From assembly GCF_006345805.1 (NCBI RefSeq), contig NC_043004.1:9052001-9116000 (forward strand): a stretch of 64,000 nt of DNA, read 5' to 3'. The notes beneath the pieces are model-generated. The model was not told where the DNA came from. It saw only the letters and a program-made list of their open reading frames with translations, and ran no database searches. Below, piece by piece: positions 39,561-51,759 of this stretch. Position numbers and translations under genes: made by a program. How positions within the stretch are numbered: the first letter of the stretch is position 1; each line of letters opens with the position of its first letter. The DNA is from Octopus sinensis. Its lineage: Eukaryota.

Positions 39561-40005
39561 CACTACTTCTCCGTGCAGGGAGTGGGTAATTTGCGCGCCT
39601 GCTGCCTTCCTTGGATGTGGTAGCCGTTTCGCATGCTCCCTCTCCAGAATCGAAACCTGATTCCCCGTTACCCGTTGCCACCACCGTCTGCATTTGCCGA
39701 GCTGTCGACAGTTGATAGGGCGGACTCGCGGGGGACCCGTCGCGCGAAGGCTGTTCGATACTAGCCCGTGCTATCGTACTGACAGTTATCCAAAGTCACC
39801 AAAATCGAAGGGCGTGAAGCCGCCGCACGCCTCGAACCGCGCGCGGAGCGGGAAAGGCGCCCGGGATGCCGAGTCCGACGCCAACGTTACAGCCCCGTAC
39901 CGGTCCGCCGCTTCGCGTGAAGACGTGTTCCGGCGCTTGGCGGGGCGACGCCGAGCGTACGGCGACGCGGCCGCGCGTGAGTACGGTGACACACACGGTC
40001 GAAAA
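39561..40005 (-). pseudogene. 18S: Dispersed 18S rRNA fragment (conserved segment plus GC-rich V2 expansion)
   Basis: GGGAGTGGGTAATTTGCGCGCCTGCTGCCTTCCTTGGATGTGGTAGCCGTTTC...GATTCCCCGTTACCCG...AGTTGATAGGGC...GTTATCCAAAGTCACCAAA is the reverse complement of universal 18S segments; no flanking rDNA. Confidence 0.9.
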
Positions 40006-41599
40006 CTCTAGGGTAGCGTTTGCAATCATTATCATAGATCATGAGAATCTACATTCGTTGTACGATTTTGAAAGGGCCGCATAGACATAATCTTTACTTT
40101 TGATAGAATGTAAAATGTTGATGGGATTGAATCTCTTCAGTATTTCATAACTGCTTTGACGCCATTTACAACCGCTTGTTCATCTCATTTATTTAATCAG
40201 ACTTTCATTAGTTTGACCGGTACGCTACCTAGAACCAACTCTTCTTTGCTTGGATTCGTTCGACGTTGAATTTTAAGTGCCTGCTCCGCTCTGAGCACTA
40301 ACTGTCGGTACCGATTGATTGCTACATTTTGCCGTGTTCCTACTCAATGTCATGTTTATAAAACGCTAACACTAAGCCACATGAGGAAGGCAAAAGAGGC
40401 ATGTAAGGGTATACAAGAAGTTTAGGTTAACCAGGACAGGTTAGTGGCCTTGCAATCTAGCACCTAAAGAAATGTGACCATATCGGGCAGCTTTTATAGC
40501 GGAAACAAAGGTCAGTCTAAAATACTGTGTTTGAGGTTCGATATAAAGTGGGTAAGAAGTAAGGAAGGCTTGATAGTCAAAATGGTTAATCTCTCACAGA
40601 AATAGGTTTAAATTTTCTAAACTTATTTCTAAACCTATTTTTGAAATTTTAGATGGCTGTTCATGAATCTGTATATCGATTCGGTAGTGTAATACCCACC
40701 TCATCGCTCTTCAAGGAATATCTTACGGGATTGGCACATCAACCCTTTACTTATCCTGATAGGGCGAGGCTCCTTTGTACAGAAGGTTCAGTTGTTACCA
40801 ATGTCCACTTTGTGAGGGCTTCTTGAGATGCCCAGGCATCCGATATCAGCATCCAGTCGAACAGATGCATTCGTTGTTTATCAAACAAGCTGTCCTTTTT
40901 ATCTCGGCAGTTTGTAGGGGTTCCGACACCAAATCGGTCGTGGTAAGTTTTGATAAAAAATAAAATGTTCATAAATACACACACATAAAACCCCGTAGAC
41001 ATGAAAACTACAACTCAATACTTACTGCCAACGAAGGCTGCTTTGGATAATGTAAATCCTGGGCGCAATTGGAACAACTCCCTGTTTATTCCACTTACTT
41101 CGTTGATGCATTTTAGACAGGCATGAATGCCAATTCTCTGTTTTCCTATTCTCCACATTCATAATATTAGACCAAAGCTAAATATTTATGATGAAAAAAC
41201 AAAAACGAATCTATTCATGGCCTCTGGGTGGAAGGTAATTTTCTCCAGTCTCCAATGCTGGATGATCTACTCCAAATGTCAATTGATCGATTAATCTATA
41301 AACAAACTCACTGACTGAGCAGCAGTGATTTTGGCTGAAAATAAATCTAAGATTCAGTTTAGGTGAAAGAATGATTTTTTGTTTGTCAGATACGTTCGTT
41401 TGTTTTTCTAGGTTTCATCCCTTAATTTATCAAGAGTAAGGATGTATGTATGTATGTATGTATGTATGTATGTATGTATGTATGTGTCTGTCTGTCTGTT
41501 TGTCTCTGTCAATCTAAATGTCTGTCTGTCTCTGTCTATTTGTCTGTCTAACTATCTCTCTCTCTCTCTCTCTCTATCTATCTAAATATCTACTTATCT

Positions 41600-42100
41600 A
41601 TTTGAGGGGTTAATGGTTTACGTCTACCTGAGGCCAACAGAAAATACATAAGGAGATAAGAATGCTGAAATCTGGTGTCGGATAAAAACAAGATGAGAGC
41701 ATTTGCTTAGATTCAAGATGTGCTTAAAGCACAGTGGCATAGGATCTTAAATGCCTGTCTTTTCAACTGCATCGTCCTTCTTGCGCTTTTATGGGCAAGT
41801 GAGACGTGGACTACTGCAAAGAAGGAAGAACAACATACCGGTATCCATACTAAGAGGTAATTAAGGAAAAAGATTGTAGTAGACGATGTAATCGCGAAAT
41901 ACTAACAATAGAATCTCCACTGATCCGGACATTTTACAAAGCTTCCAAGTTTCCGAAGAGACAATTCGGAAGGCTTTCCCGCGCAGACGATGGAAAGATG
42001 ATATAGTCGAAAAGTTCGGTAAATTTCGTTTATGAAAGAGAAGGGCGTAATGCAGAGAAATGTGACCAGCGATGCATAGGGACATGGGAGTGTCTGGTTG
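41600..42100 (+). mobile_element. RTE-clade LINE remnant
   Basis: VYVYL...; FNCIVLLALLWASETWTT resembles the RTE post-RT motif (FN..VLP.LLY.SETW). Confidence 0.6.
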
Positions 42101-42494
42101 AATATAAAGTAGACATCACGTGGTGGTAAGCACTGTCGAGGAGCTGTGTGTGTGTGTGGGGGGGGGGGGGGTAGATGATGCTATAAGAATCGCTACAGGG
42201 CTCTGAAATTGCGTTTATTTCTAGCCTTTATGTTGAATAATTGAGACGCAATTCTCCTTCTGGATAGGGGGCTAAATTTATTCCAGTTAACTTTTCCCGC
42301 AGATGATATTGAATCACTACTACAAGATAACAAGATCCGTCAAGCTAAGGGGATATAGTGCCGACAATGAAAATTGCCACCCAACTGCTACAGACCATGC
42401 AAAATAACCTGGAGAAGGAAAAAAACCGCGAAAGAAAACTCTATTGCTGGGAAACTCAAACTTCCCCGGTTCTTATTTTTTTAAAGACTGATAC

Positions 42495-42782
42495 GCTATC
42501 GATCTCTTTTGCTGAACCATTAAGTTACAGGGACGTAAACACACTAACAACGGTTGTCAAGTGATGGTAGTGGGAGCAAACACAGACAAACACACACACA
42601 CACACACACACACATACACACATGACGGTCTTCATTTACTTTCTGTCTACCAAATCCACTCACAAGGCTTTAGTCGGCCCGAGGCTATAGTAGATTACTC
42701 TTGGCCAAGGAGCCATGCTGTGAGACTGAACTCGAAAACAAGTGGTTGGCAAACAAGCTTGATACTACACACACACGCCTGC
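42495..42782 (-). mobile_element. SINE family A
   Basis: CTACCAAATCCACTCACAAGGCTTT.GTCGGCCCGAGGCTATAGTAG. Confidence 0.8.
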
Positions 42783-42797
42783 GGCTATCTATCTATA

Positions 42798-42944
<147 letters not shown>

Positions 42945-43208
42945 TTACCTACAGAGTGACGGAGAGAGTGACATTTTTATAACTTTTACACGGAAGAAGT
43001 AGTGTGACTTCAAAGTTTCGACTTCCTATCTGTCATCAGCTAGCAAACCGAAACTTCGAAGTCACTTTCAAATATCTACTTGTAAAATAAAACTTAATAA
43101 CTATTGTACATTATAAAAAGTTGTGTGGTCGTTAAGTTTAGCTTTCAGCTCATTTTATATAACTTGCCATAAAAAGTATCAACACGCGCACACACACACA
43201 TACACTCG

Positions 43209-43268
<60 letters not shown>

Positions 43269-43347
43269 CATCTGAATATATTCATACATGTATGCGTAGA
43301 TACATGCATATACGGTAGATACGTACGTATCCATCTATATGCATATA

Positions 43348-43632
43348 CAGTGGCGGACTGGCCAGGTTGCCAGGTTGCCCGATGGCAAGTGGGCCCCTGC
43401 ACCATTAGAATCCAAATATGGTGACCCATATTAGTATCTAAGGAGCCCATTCCCTCAAGTTTGAGAATTTTTTATTCACTCCTGGTAGAGTGCATTAATT
43501 ATTTCAGCCTGGCTGTGTTTATACACAGTTGAAAAGAATACCTTTAACAAACCCCCCAAAAATATTATAGCATTGTAGTTGCGGTGGGCCCACTTAGTCT
43601 CCTGGCAACCATTATTTTTAAACCTAGTCTGC

Positions 43633-43637
<5 letters not shown>
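43348..43637. mobile_element. Probable hAT-type MITE
   Basis: 14-bp TIRs CAGTGGCGGACTGG / CTAGTCTGCCACTA (3 mismatches); subterminal GGGCCC motifs at both ends. Confidence 0.6.
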
Positions 43638-43678
<41 letters not shown>

Positions 43679-43803
43679 CGATGAAGAATATATAAAGGAA
43701 AAAGAAAAGCGGAGGTGCAAGAATTCATTTCAGCTTCTCAAAGAGGAATCTTACACCGTGTCATCCACTTCCAGTTGTCAACCACCACCGACACTATGGA
43801 AGG

Positions 43804-43854
<51 letters not shown>

Positions 43855-44832
43855 ATTAACTAAAAGTCCACTAATTAAAATCTTTTCTTAAAATCGAATA
43901 CCAGTTTTCACTTAAACCCCTCCAAATTGTGTAAATTGTTCGGTACGGAAGCAAGCATCGCACCATTATTCCTTCTGCTAACATCCCTATGCGCGCGTGA
44001 CTGTGTCTGGAGGAAGTGTGTATGTGTTTGTGTGTGTGTCAATATGTGTATGAATGGTTTTCTGCGAATGTATTCGTGTGCTCGGTTTTCTTTTTCTTTC
44101 CAAATTTCAAAATGACCGATGTTGCTTTCTTTTTCCTACATTTTTCTGTTTCCAATTTTCCCCGCATCTCAGTTACTTCCCCTTCTTCCTCATCCTTTCC
44201 GGTTCTCACCACGAGATCGGGACGTGACGTAATACCTTTTCATTAACAAAATAAAATATATAAAAATAACAAGTTTGGCAAAACTGTGTCCGTCTATATG
44301 TGTGTATGAGTGTGTTTGTGTATGCGTGTGTGAGTGTGTTTGTGTGTGTGTGAGTGTCTGTGTCCGTCTGTGTTTGCGTGTGTGAGTGTGTCCGTCTATG
44401 TGTGTGTGAGTGTGTTTGTGTATGTGTGTGTGAGTGTGTTTGTGCGTGCGTGTGTGTGTCCGTCTGTGTTTGCGTGTATATGTGTGTCCGTCTATGTGTG
44501 CGTGTGTATGTTACATATGTGTATACAGGGATGGTCGAAGAATGCAGTGAAGTGAACGCTGCAAGGAGAAATTTTTTTATATTGTTTATCAGGTTTGTAT
44601 TTATTCATTTTTTTCTATGTATGCGAAAAAAAAAAAGAAAAGAAAAAAAAGCATTACCTCCATGTTGGATGACATCGCCAAATATTTGATCAATCAAAAC
44701 AGCAGCTTGTAACTCGTGTTAAAACAATCAAAAACCATTGGCTTCCCTTCAAATCCTATTCTCTTCAAACTAATCTTGGTTTTTAGATTTTTATCACAGG
44801 ATTTCTTTGATCGTTTTCTTCTTCCCTTTCTC

Positions 44833-44890
<58 letters not shown>

Positions 44891-45693
44891 CGATCCTCTT
44901 TCTGCTTTCTGTTCCTCCTTTACTCTTTCACCTTTTATATCTTCTCTTCCCATTTCATTTTCATTTCATTCTTTTATATTCAGTTTTAATTTAAACATTT
45001 TTTGTATCGCACATTTTCTTTCTATATTCTGTCGGTTTCTTTCTTTTATCAGTTTTTCTATGTCTTTCTTTTTTCATTCTTTCTTCCTAGTTTCATCTCT
45101 TTCTTTCACTTTTCCTCTTTCATTCATTACCTCATTCTCGCTGTCTTTTCCCCTATTTTCTTTCTAATTATTATCTTTTAATAATTGTCTCCAGTTTTAT
45201 CAATTTTCAATTTTCTACTTTACCTCTTTCTAACGTTTATTTTTTTTTTTTTGCTTTAGTTCTTTCTGTCTTTATTTTTGTTTCCTCTCTGTCTTTCTTT
45301 CTTTTCTTTCTTACTTTCTTTTTTCCTTCCGTTCTTTCTTCTTTCTTTCCTTCTTCCTTCCTTCCGACTTTGTTCCCTCACCTTTAAACATGTTTCTACC
45401 GCTATACTATTTATTTTGCCCCGTTCCAAAATGTAACCATTTCTGTTTGGTTTCCGGACATATTACTCCAATTCCATCACCTCAATGTCCACTGCAATTA
45501 GTTAGAATGACATTTATTGTCTCAGACTCGGCCATGGTTTAGTCGCAAACTCTTCGTCACTTTCGTTTCCAAATTCGAAAACTTTTTCGAATCTGAGAAA
45601 AGTATTCTTCGCTTTCCCTAGAGTTCTCTTATTAATTTGTCTTAAACCAAAAAAAAAAAAAAAAAACCAGCTTCGTGTGTGTGCGTGTGCGTA

Positions 45694-45853
45694 CGTGTGT
45701 GTGGGAGAAGCTTACTCTCAAACACATGGTTCCGGGTTCAGTCCCACCGCGTAGCACCTTGGAGAAGTGTCTTCTACTACAGCAGCAGACCGACCAAAGA
45801 TTTGTGAGTGGATTTCATAGACGGAGACTGAAAGAAGCCCGTCGTACATATAC

Positions 45854-45884
<31 letters not shown>

Positions 45885-46315
45885 TGTATGTATGTATGCA
45901 TGCATGTATGTATGAATGTAAGTATGTATGTATGAATGTAAGTATGTATGTATGTATGTACGAATGTATGTATGTATGTATGAATGCATGTATGTATGTA
46001 TGTATGCATGTATGCATGCATGTATGTATGCATGTATGAATGTATGTATGTATGTATGAATGTATGTATGTATGTATGTATGAATGTATGTATGTATGTA
46101 TGTATGTATGAATGTATGTAATAATGCGTGCGTGTGTTTTTGTGTCTGTGTTTAGACCACACCACCGCTTGACAACCGCTGTTGGTTTTTTTACATCCCC
46201 GTGACTTAGATGTTCAGCAAAAGAAACTGATAGCACAAGTACGAGGATCGATTCATTCGACCAATATCTCTTCAAGACGGTGCCCCAGCATGGCCGTAGT
46301 CTAATAACTGAAACA
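45694..46315 (+). mobile_element. SINE family A with expanded internal (TATG)n
   Basis: Head GGTTCCGGGTTCAGTCCC at about 45728; 3' CGGTGCCCCAGCATGGCCG...CTGAAAC at 46277-46315. Confidence 0.85.
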
Positions 46316-46600
46316 AAAAAATGATAGATACATATATTCATGCGCATATGTATGTATATGAACGGATGTCGTATGTCCAAATCTGGCCAAATGCGTTTTT
46401 TCTTCAATATTTATTTTTGCTGGCAATAGCCGGTACTTTTGGTCAAACTGTCGTACCTCCTGTTGCTTCAGATGCCAAGATGTCAAAAATTGTCAAAGTG
46501 TAGTACAACTGTTTTGCTATGGAATAGAGAAACTATTTTTTCGTTTTCTGAAAAAAGCAATGTTTTTGACTTACGGCACTTTTGCATAATAGCAACGATA

Positions 46601-46680
<80 letters not shown>

Positions 46681-46693
46681 TGCATAATAGCAG

Positions 46694-46734
<41 letters not shown>

Positions 46735-46747
46735 TGCATAATAGCAG

Positions 46748-46802
<55 letters not shown>

Positions 46803-46814
46803 AACAATGATAAC

Positions 46815-46982
46815 TATCAAAGTGAGTTATATACAGTAGCGGTAACACATCGTGACGTATTTTTGCCATTTCAATATGGCATTTCAATATGCCATTTCAA
46901 TAACCCTTAGGGGTTAGCCATATTGAAATGGCAAAAATACGTCACGATGTGTTACCGCTACTGTATATAACTCACTTTGATA
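46815..46982. repeat. Perfect 66-bp inverted repeat with 36-nt spacer
   Basis: 46815-46880 is the exact reverse complement of 46917-46982. Confidence 0.95.
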
Positions 46983-47297
46983 TTTATCATTGTTTGATTT
47001 CACTTTTTCAATATCAGCGACAGTGGACGCTGGAAAAAGTATAAGTATTTGTGAAGGAAATCTAATTCTCGGCGACAACTATGATTGTCACACGCTGACG
47101 AGAGGTCAATACCTCGAAACTCGAGTCCGTGTATATCATAAGTTGAAGACGGGAAGGATGACTTCCCTTTGCAAATACTGACAGGACACAGATAGTGTGT
47201 CTATGGCCAGCTGGAGGAGTGTGTCCTCCTGGGGCTAAAAACTACAGTAGCATCCACCCTTAGGGGTTAGCCATATTGAAATGGCAAAAATACGTCA

Positions 47298-47301
<4 letters not shown>
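46903..47301 (+). mobile_element. 353-bp non-coding HHR-bearing unit with 46-bp terminal redundancy (PLE pLTR / retrozyme-like)
   Basis: 46903-46948 is identical to 47256-47301; contains the HHR at 47090; ends in (TA)n. Confidence 0.7.
47090..47132 (+). ncRNA. Canonical type I hammerhead ribozyme
   Basis: ACACG (stem I), CTGACGA, GAGGT-CAAT-ACCTC (stem II), GAA, ACTCGAGT (palindromic stem III), C47127 (GUC cleavage site), CGTGT (stem I); all core residues intact. Confidence 0.9.
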
Positions 47302-47338
<37 letters not shown>

Positions 47339-47460
47339 TGCATAATAGCAGCGATACATATATATATATATATATGCGTGTCGGAGTTTCGGACACGTAA
47401 AATTCGAATAACCAGATGAGATGCCAGCTGTTCCCGATCTAAAATAATCCTTCCTACTCT

Positions 47461-47627
47461 AGACACAAGGCCTGAAATTTGGGGGAGGGGCCAGTCGATT
47501 ATATCGACTCCGAAAGGATGAAAGGCAAAGTCGACCTTGGCGGAATTTGAATTCAGAACGTAGCGGTAGACGAACTACTGCTAAGCATTTCGTCCTGCGT
47601 GCTAATGATTCTGCCAGCTCGCCGCCT
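47461..47627 (-). mobile_element. SINE family B, internally deleted
   Basis: GAAAGGATGAAAGGCAAAGTCGACC...CTGCCAGCTCGCCGCC. Confidence 0.85.
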
Positions 47628-48224
47628 TGTTGCCGTTCTAAAAGAATAATTGATCCATTAGTGTAAAAGGAGTCTGGGAGACACACGTTCGAATCTGATG
47701 AAATCTACTCAGAATGAGTATAATAGTCACCGATTTTATTCTCGCTGGTCACCATTCATATGACGATTTGCTATCGATTCGCAAATACCACAGGTCAGCA
47801 AATAAATTTATGATGCGAAATAGCGGGTGCTCCAAAGTCCCCTGACACTAAGGAATCGAGGGTGTTATGAACACACATTCATTTGTGAGAAGTTGTTTCC
47901 CAGTGACGAAACACAACAGCGATTAGCATATCCACGTTCAAATCTACTGGAACGCATTGAGAATAAATAAGTCATTATATTTGTATAGAGTTTATGAATA
48001 ATGTTTAAACAAGCCACAGGTTTACAGATTTCTGCTGCAAGCATTAATTCATTCTTACTGCAGAAATGAATTCATGCGTGTATGTCCGCTTTTCTTTGAA
48101 GTTTAAGTTGTTCGCAGAATTCAAACCAGTTACTAACAAAATGAGTGATAGGGTATTTTATGGCGGTCAAGACTGTTCTCGGGATTTGTAAATATGAAAG
48201 TGTATATGTCTATGAGTATATATA

Positions 48225-49532
48225 CATGGGTTGAACAAAATAATGGAAACCCCTTAAAATTTCAGACAAATTTATTTTAACATGGGGTAGGACCGCCTTT
48301 GGCAGTAATTACAGCTTGAATTCTACGAGGCATGGATTCGTACAAAGTTTCAATTGTTTCCAAATTAATTTTTGTCCATTCTTCAGCTAAAACAGTCTCC
48401 AGTTCTTGTAGTGATGATGATGGTGGAGGATATCAACACCTTACTTATTTTTCTAAAATGCACCATAATGTTCAATAATATTGAGATCTGGGGACTGTGG
48501 TGGCCAGATAAGATCTTCAACTTCACTAGAATGTTCCTCGTGCCATTCAGTAACAACTTTAGCTGTGCGAATTGGTGCATTATCATCCTGAAAGACTGTG
48601 TTTCCTTCCGGAAACAGTTCCGCAACCATAGGATGTATTTGATAAGATAAAATGCTTAAATAGTCTTGACTATGAATTCTGCCATGAAGGGAAACCATTG
48701 GACCGGCGGATTTCCAAGATATAGCCACCCCTCTCCCCAGATCATCACAGATCTTTCTTCATGTTTAACAGTTGGAAGAAGTCAGTCTCGGTCAAATGCT
48801 TCTTTTGGCTGTCTCCAGACGTATACTCGGCCGGTGGTCAGAAATAAGATAAAGGATGACTCGTCCGAGAAAATAACATTCTTCCACTGCTCTAGGGACC
48901 AATTCTGTAGGTTTTTACTCCACTCTGAACGTTCTGCAACATTTGTCTTTTGAAAGGAGTGGTTTTCTGATTGCAGCTCTCCGATGAAATCCGGCTTTGT
49001 GCAGCTCCCGGTGAACAGTTTTTGTGGAAACTGGGTTCTTTAGGTAGTCATTAAGCTCTGCAGTAATTTTGGGATCCTTACTTTTGTGATCCTTTCTAAT
49101 AATTCGCATAAGAGTCCGACGTTCTCTATCTGAAAGTTTTGGTTTTCTTCTGGAGTTTCGTTTCGACGAGGAGGTTTTTCCCTCTTTCTCAAAGGCTGTC
49201 ATTACTTTTGATACAGTACTTCTTGATACACCAAACATTACTTTTGAGAGAGTACTTCTTGATACACCAAACATTTCGGCTGTTTTAATTACGATAGCGT
49301 CTGCTATACGAGCACCAACAATTATTCATCTTCGAAAGCCGATAGATCTGCAATTTTAATGAATTTTAATTACCTTTTTCTGATGATAACAGAAATTTTA
49401 GCAAAACATATTAAGCAGCACTAATAATAAATCAAAAATATTAAAATAAACAAGCTTTTGATGGTTTTTTTAGGTATTTCAAAATTATGATGCTATGATG
49501 CTAGGTGTTTCCATTATTTTGTCCAAACCCTG
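48225..49532 (-). mobile_element. Tc1-family DNA transposon, 1308 bp, DD36E spacing, transposase pseudogenised
   Basis: About 30-bp TIRs (CATGGGTTGAACAAAATAATGGAAACCCCT / reverse complement CAGGGTTTGGACAAAATAATGGAAACACCT), TA flanks; motifs FGVSRSTVSKV, RKPKLS, VIFSDES, FQDDNAP, WPPQSPDLNIIE; stops and frameshifts. Confidence 0.92.
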
Positions 49533-49557
49533 TATATATATATGTGTGTGTATGTGC

Positions 49558-49592
<35 letters not shown>

Positions 49593-49889
49593 TGTGTGTA
49601 TGTTTGTGTGCATGTGCGTATGTGTATCTACATAGGCGCAGGCACAACTGTATTGTTAAAATGTTTACTTCACGGGCCCGTAGTTCCGTGTTCAATCCCA
49701 CAGATTACTTTTAATATAACTTCGGGTTGAACAATCTACAAAGCTCTTCTCTCACATCTGAGATGCGGGCACTGCAGCTGCACATGTAGACATCCTAGTT
49801 GTATCAAAAAATAAGAAACCCCCATCCCTCACTGATTGGTATAAATTCACTCACAGACACACCCCAGCTTTTGACCCACAGATGTGCCT

Positions 49890-50190
49890 TCTCTCTCCTC
49901 ACTCTCTCCCTCTCTCACTGTCTCCTTCACTTTACTTTCTCCCTTTTTCTACAGCTACTGTGATGGCATTTATTTCTCAGAACTTGCTGGATGCAAGCCA
50001 CCGTTCCACAGACTTTCTCATCCCTCAGGCAGGTCTGCTCCACTTATTACTCCTCTTAACATCGTCCTTGCAGTATCCAACTCTCCAGAACCAGCAATAA
50101 GCATTACAACTTGTCATTTTTCCCTTTGCTATTTCCTCCCTTCCCGTATCTTTCTGCAAGTGTTAACTTTCAAAGGCTCATGACGTTCAC
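49890..50190 (+). mobile_element. Old CR1/L2-group LINE 3' remnant
   Basis: FYSYCDGIYFSELAGCKPP resembles the FYRY...CSSELA.C.PP C-terminal motif of such LINEs. Confidence 0.4.
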
Positions 50191-51330
50191 TTTGAAATCG
50201 ACTTCACTGGTCCGCAGGGAATGTAAACGCCATGGGCTTGTCCCTTCCTGCTGAAAAATAATTCCTTAGGATTAGAATTTGATGGACAAAATATAAGGAT
50301 AAACCTGTTGTATAAATCATTTCGTATATATTGTGTATATTATCTCTAACCCATTGAATCTGCTTACTCGTCAACTAATTTCCCTCTCCTTCGCTGACTG
50401 TCTCCCTCTAACTGCTCTTTAATTACAAGCCAAGTATCTTCCTTCTCATACTTTCCAATCGCTCTTCTGTGAGGCGAATAAGAATACGTGAAAGGAGCCG
50501 GTTACAGGTAGGTCAGCTAATAAACGTTCGTCAGTCGGTTAAACACATCAGTTGGCACTACACAACGACACACATGAAATTGTATTACAATTACAGGATC
50601 TGTGAAGCTTCCAATAAATTGTCGGTTTAGCACGGGATTTAATTGTACCCCTGGCATTTATCGCAAACGAAGCTGCACTGTAAGAGAATCAGAAACGACA
50701 TAATCATATTGATCATTTCACTGATACGGCCATGATTGTTTGGGCCCTGAAGAGAAAAATCGGTTGACTAAGGAAATTGTTGAGTAAATTACTAAGCAAA
50801 ATATCTTCCGGATTTTATCCTATAAAATAAGTCTTATGTTACAATATCCATTATATCTAATATATTTACTCCCCCAATTGACGTCCGCTCTACCTACGGA
50901 TCTGTCTACACACCAGTCTATTAACTTAGATATTGCCCTCTCTCTCTTTCTCTCCCTCTGTATGTATGACTGTGTGTGTGTGTGTGTTTGTATGCGCGCG
51001 CACGCGTGTGTGTTCTTTTCTGTTTTTCATTATTAACAGTGCTGTATTTCTGTAAGGAAGGAATTGGTTTTTAGCAAAGATACAAAGCTCCATCGTTGGA
51101 ATGCACTGGACAAAAGCAAATCTACATTTTGAACTTGAGAAAAGTCTTGCATATTTTCACTGTTCTGCTTACAGATTGTATTTGTAATGTATGATTCGGT
51201 TGGTTGATTTCTTTTTCTGAAAACCCATGAGCAGAATGAGTTTTGCGCACCCTGACCAACGAAAAGCAAAACGAGTGAAAGGGAGGAAGAACTCACGAGA
51301 GTCAAGGACCGTCCAATATTGTGAGCGTAT

Positions 51331-51540
51331 AAGGCGGCGAGCTGGCAGAAACGTTAGCACGGCGGGCGAAATGTTTGGCGGTATTTCGTCTGCCGCTACG
51401 TTCTGAGTTCAAATTCCACCGAGGTCGACTTTTCCTTTCATCCTTTTGGAGTCGATTAAATTAAGTACTGGGGTCGATCTAATTGACTGGCCCCCTTCCC
51501 CAAAATTTCGGGCCTTGTGCATAGAGTAGGAAAGAATATT
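51331..51540 (+). mobile_element. SINE family B, well preserved
   Basis: GGCGGCGAGCTGGCAGAAACGTTAGCACG...GAGTTCAAATTCC.CCGAGGTCGACTTT.CCTTTCATCC. Confidence 0.9.
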
Positions 51541-51759
51541 GAGCCAAGCGTATGTTTATTTTGTTTTACATGTGTTTATATTCATTTATATTGCCCTTTA
51601 TTATTTATTTGATATTCTTTATACTTTTTGTTCTTGTATATTTTGTATATTTTGCAATTTAATCTCCTCGCTTGGTCAAAAAACTGTTTAGTCATCAGTT
51701 TTATCAGGAGTTCTTGAGTCATAGGAGAGGAGTGCTCAATAAAGTAGTCAGGGCTATAT

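Noticed and set aside
39421-40084. GC-rich overlapping ORFs
   Set aside because: They overlie the 18S fragment; GC richness suppresses stops.
40653-40942. Candidate + strand exon (TTTTAG...GTAAGT)
   Set aside because: All three frames contain stops across the 290 nt.
43004-43065. 17-bp inverted repeat whose minus strand has CTGATGA...GAAACTTTGAAGTC
   Set aside because: No stem I pairing and stem II would need core G8/A9; better explained as a small palindromic repeat.
46901-46916. Telomeric TTAGGG
   Set aside because: Single hexamer inside the element terminus, not an array.
47158-47215. SECIS-like ATGA...AAA motif downstream of the HHR
   Set aside because: No 3' strand complementary to helix II and no matching GA quartet.
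46583-47356. CRISPR-like array of short direct repeats
   Set aside because: Eukaryotic context, spacers are (TA)n, no cas genes.
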